DNA of 63,982 bases, the filler included, from Raillietiella orientalis (taxonomy: Eukaryota): the NCBI GenBank assembly GCA_036172245.1. It is 5 parts of 5 records of this genome, joined end to end, with 100 filler letters (N's around TTAATTAATTAA, not from the genome) between each part and the next. Parts side by side here need not be neighbours in the genome. Positions count along the whole stretch, not along the records: positions 52,047 to 63,982 come from JAYWIR010000265.1; 4 more parts are not named here. One strand, given 5' to 3'. Positions 61,001 to 63,982 of the stretch are shown piece by piece. The position numbers were made by a program, and so were the translations under genes. The stretch's first letter is position 1, and each line of letters begins with the position of its first letter. The notes beneath the pieces are model-generated. The model saw only the letters and a program-made list of their open reading frames with translations, was not told the DNA's origin and searched no databases.

Positions 61001-63982
61001 ATCAATTCGAAGTGAGGAGATTTCACCATTGCTCATTTGCACTTCTTCACGAAGCATCCGTCGGCAGCGCGAGGCAATCTACCGTCATGGATCACCGCAC
61101 TACCTTGCGATTTGCTCTTTTCCGAGGTGTATTAAAAAAAGTCCGACATTTCATTAGGGCGAGGCACTTTGCACTCCGTGTTATTGTCATGACAACCACT
61201 TTCGGAATTAGAAAGTGATTTATTTAATTCGATCTGATTCACGGTATGCTATAAATTTACATCTTTTGCGGGTTTGTAATCAATTCGAAGTACGGAGATT
61301 TCCCCATTGCACTTTTGCACTTCTTCACGAAGCATCCGTTGGCAGCGCCAGGCGATCTACCGTCATGGATCACCGCACCATCATGCGACTTCCTGGTTTC
61401 GGAGGTGGATTAAGAAAAGTCCGACATTTCAATAACGCGGGGTACTTTGCACTCCGTATTGTTTTCATGGCAACCACTATCGGAATTAGAAAGTGAATTA
61501 TTTAATACGATCTGATTCATGGTGTGGTACAAATTTACATCTTTTGCTGGTTTGTAATCAATTCGAAGTGAAGAGATTTCACCATGCACTGTTGCACTTT
61601 TTCACGATGCATCCGTTGGCAGCGCGAGGCAATCTACCGTCATGGATAACCGCACCATCATGCGATTTCCTGGTTTCAGAGGTGGATTTAGAAAAGTCCG
61701 AAATTTCATCAGGGCGGAACACTTTGCACTCCGTATTGTTCTCATGGCAACCACTTTCGGAATTGAAAAGTGAATTATTTTTTTCGATCTGATTCACGGT
61801 ATGCTATAAATTTACATCTTTTGCTGGTTTGTAATGAATTCGAAGTACGGAGATTTCCCCATTGCACTTTTGCACTTCTTCACGAAGCATCCGTTGGCAG
61901 CGCGAGGAAATCTACCGGCATGGATCACCACACTACCTTGCGATTTCCTGCGTTTAGAGGTGGATAAAGAACAGTCCGTCATTTCATTAGGCCGGGGCAC
62001 TTTGCACTGCGTGTTGTTTTCATGGCAACCACTGTCGGAATTGAAATGGGAATTATTTAATTCGATCTGATCCATGGTGTGGCACAAATTTACATCTTTT
62101 GCTGGTTCGTAATGAATTCCAAGTGAGGAGATTTCACCATGCACTGTTGCGCTTTTTCGCGAAACATCCGTTGGCAGCCCGAGGCAATCTACCGTCATGG
62201 ATCACCGCACTACCTTGCGATTTGCTGTTTCCCGAGGTGGATTTAGAAAAGTCCGAAATTTCATCAGGGCGGAACACTTTGCACTGCGTGTTGTTTTCAT
62301 GGCAAACACTATCGGAATTAGAAAGTGAATTATTTAATTCGATCTGATTCATGGTGTGGTACAAATTTACATCTTTTGCTGGTTTGTAATCATTTCGAAG
62401 TGAGGAGATTTCACCATGCACTGTTGCACTTTTTCACGAAGCATCCGTTGGTAGCGCGAGGCAATCTACCGTTATGGATAACCGCACCATCATGCGATTT
62501 CCTGGTTTCAGACGTGGATTAAGAAAAGTCCGACATTTTAATAGGGTGGGACACTTTGCACTCCGTGTTGTTTTCATGGAAACCACTATCGGAATTAGAA
62601 AGTGAATTATTTAATTCGATCTGATTCATGGTGTGGCACAAATTTACATCTTTTGCTGGTTTGTAATGAATTCGAAGTACGGAGATTTCACCATGCACTG
62701 TTGCGCTTTTTCACGAAGCATCCGTTGGCAGCGCCAGGCGATCTACCGTCATGGATCACCGCACTACCTTGCGATTTGCTGGTTTCAGAGGTGGATTAAG
62801 AAAAGTCCGACATTTTAATAGGGTGGGACACTTTGCACTCCGTGTTGTTTTCATGGAAACCACTATCGGAATTAGAAAGTGAATTATTTAATTCGATCTG
62901 ATTCATGGTGTGGCACAAATTTACATCTTTTGCTGGTTTGTAATGAATTCGAAGTACGGAGATTTCACCATGCACTGTTGCGCTTTTTCACGAAGCATCC
63001 GTTGGCAGCGCCAGGCGATCTACCGTCATGGATCACCGCACCATCATGCGACTTCCTGGTTTCGGAGGTGGATTAAGAAAAGTCCGACATTTCAATAACG
63101 CGGGGTACTTTGCACTCCGTATTGTTTTCATGGCAACCACTATCGGAATTAGAAAGTGAATTATTTAATACGATCTGATTCATGGTGTGGTACAAATTTA
63201 CATCTTTTGCTGGTTTGTAATCAATTCGAAGTGAGGAGATTTCACCATGCACTCTTGCACTTTTTCACGATGCATCCGTTGGCAGCGCGAGGCAATCTAC
63301 CGTCATGGATAACCGCACCATCATGCGATTTCCTGGTTTCAGAGGTGGATTTAGAAAAGTCCGAAATTTCATCAGGGCGGAACACTTTGCACTCCGTGTT
63401 GTTTTCATGGAAACCACTATCGGAATTAGAAAGTGAATTATTTAATTCGATCTGATTCATGGTGTGGCACAAATTTACATCTTTTGCTGGTTTTTAATGA
63501 ATTCGAAGTGAGGAGATTTCACCATGCACTGTTGCGCTTTTTCGCGAAACATCCGTTGGCAGCCCGAGGCAATCTACCGTCATGGATCACCGCACTACCT
63601 TGCGATTTGCTGTTTCCCGAGGTGGATTTAGAAAAGTCCGAAATTTCATCAGGGCGGAACACTTTGCACTGCGTGTTGTTTTCATGGCAACCACTATCGG
63701 AATTAGAAAGTGATTTATTTAATTCGATCTGATTCATGGTGTGGCACAAATTTACATCTTTTGCTGGTTTGTAATCAATTCGAAGTACGCAGATTTCACC
63801 ATGCACTGTTGCGCTTTTTCACGAAGCATCCGTTGGCAGCGCGAGGCGATCTACCGTCATGGATCACCGCACCATCATGCGACTTCCTGGTTTCGGAGGT
63901 GGATTAAGAAAAGTCCGACATTTCATTAACGCGGGGCACTTTGCACTCCGTATTGTTTTCATGGCAACCACTATCGGAATTA
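52047..63982. repeat. SatB tandem satellite array, 277/278-bp monomer, ~43 copies, with higher-order structure
   Basis: GTGAATTATTTAATTCGATCTGATTCA recurs at 52051, 52328, 52605 ... 63710. Confidence 0.98.

Noticed and set aside
1..63982. Hundreds of short ORFs in the satellites (MNQIYGKH..., MKTKQ..., MNYLIRSD...) as a repeat-protein family
   Set aside because: The 277/278-bp unit is not a multiple of 3, frames switch with single-base indels, and overlapping frames are equally open. These are by-products of tandem repetition.

Overview
This is eukaryotic repetitive DNA, not a contiguous locus. Five unrelated contigs are joined by four identical artificial 100-bp spacers (44 N + TTAATTAATTAA + 44 N), apparently in order of decreasing length. 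Contigs 1 (1-13663) and 3 (26601-39244) are one 277-bp satellite (SatA) in opposite orientations. Contig 5 (52047-63982) is a diverged but colinear 277/278-bp sister satellite (SatB) with higher-order repeats. Contigs 2 (13764-26500) and 4 (39345-51946) consist almost entirely of nested, decayed non-LTR retrotransposons. Most belong to a GC-rich L1/Tx1-like family (RRM-like + 2xCCHC ORF1; APE-RT-Cys/His ORF2), plus two fragments of a NeSL/Utopia-like restriction-like-endonuclease element. No host gene, RNA gene or CRISPR array is supported. The most notable signals are in the Tx1-like family: a conserved multi-hairpin 3' end (AATAAA followed by a CCCGG/CCGGG stem-loop and no poly(A)) in seven copies, a conserved 5' GCGGACGTGT motif, a TAATG stop-start ORF1/ORF2 junction, an RT insertion, and repeated abutment to its own relatives. 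All identities and clade calls are by eye and need computational confirmation.
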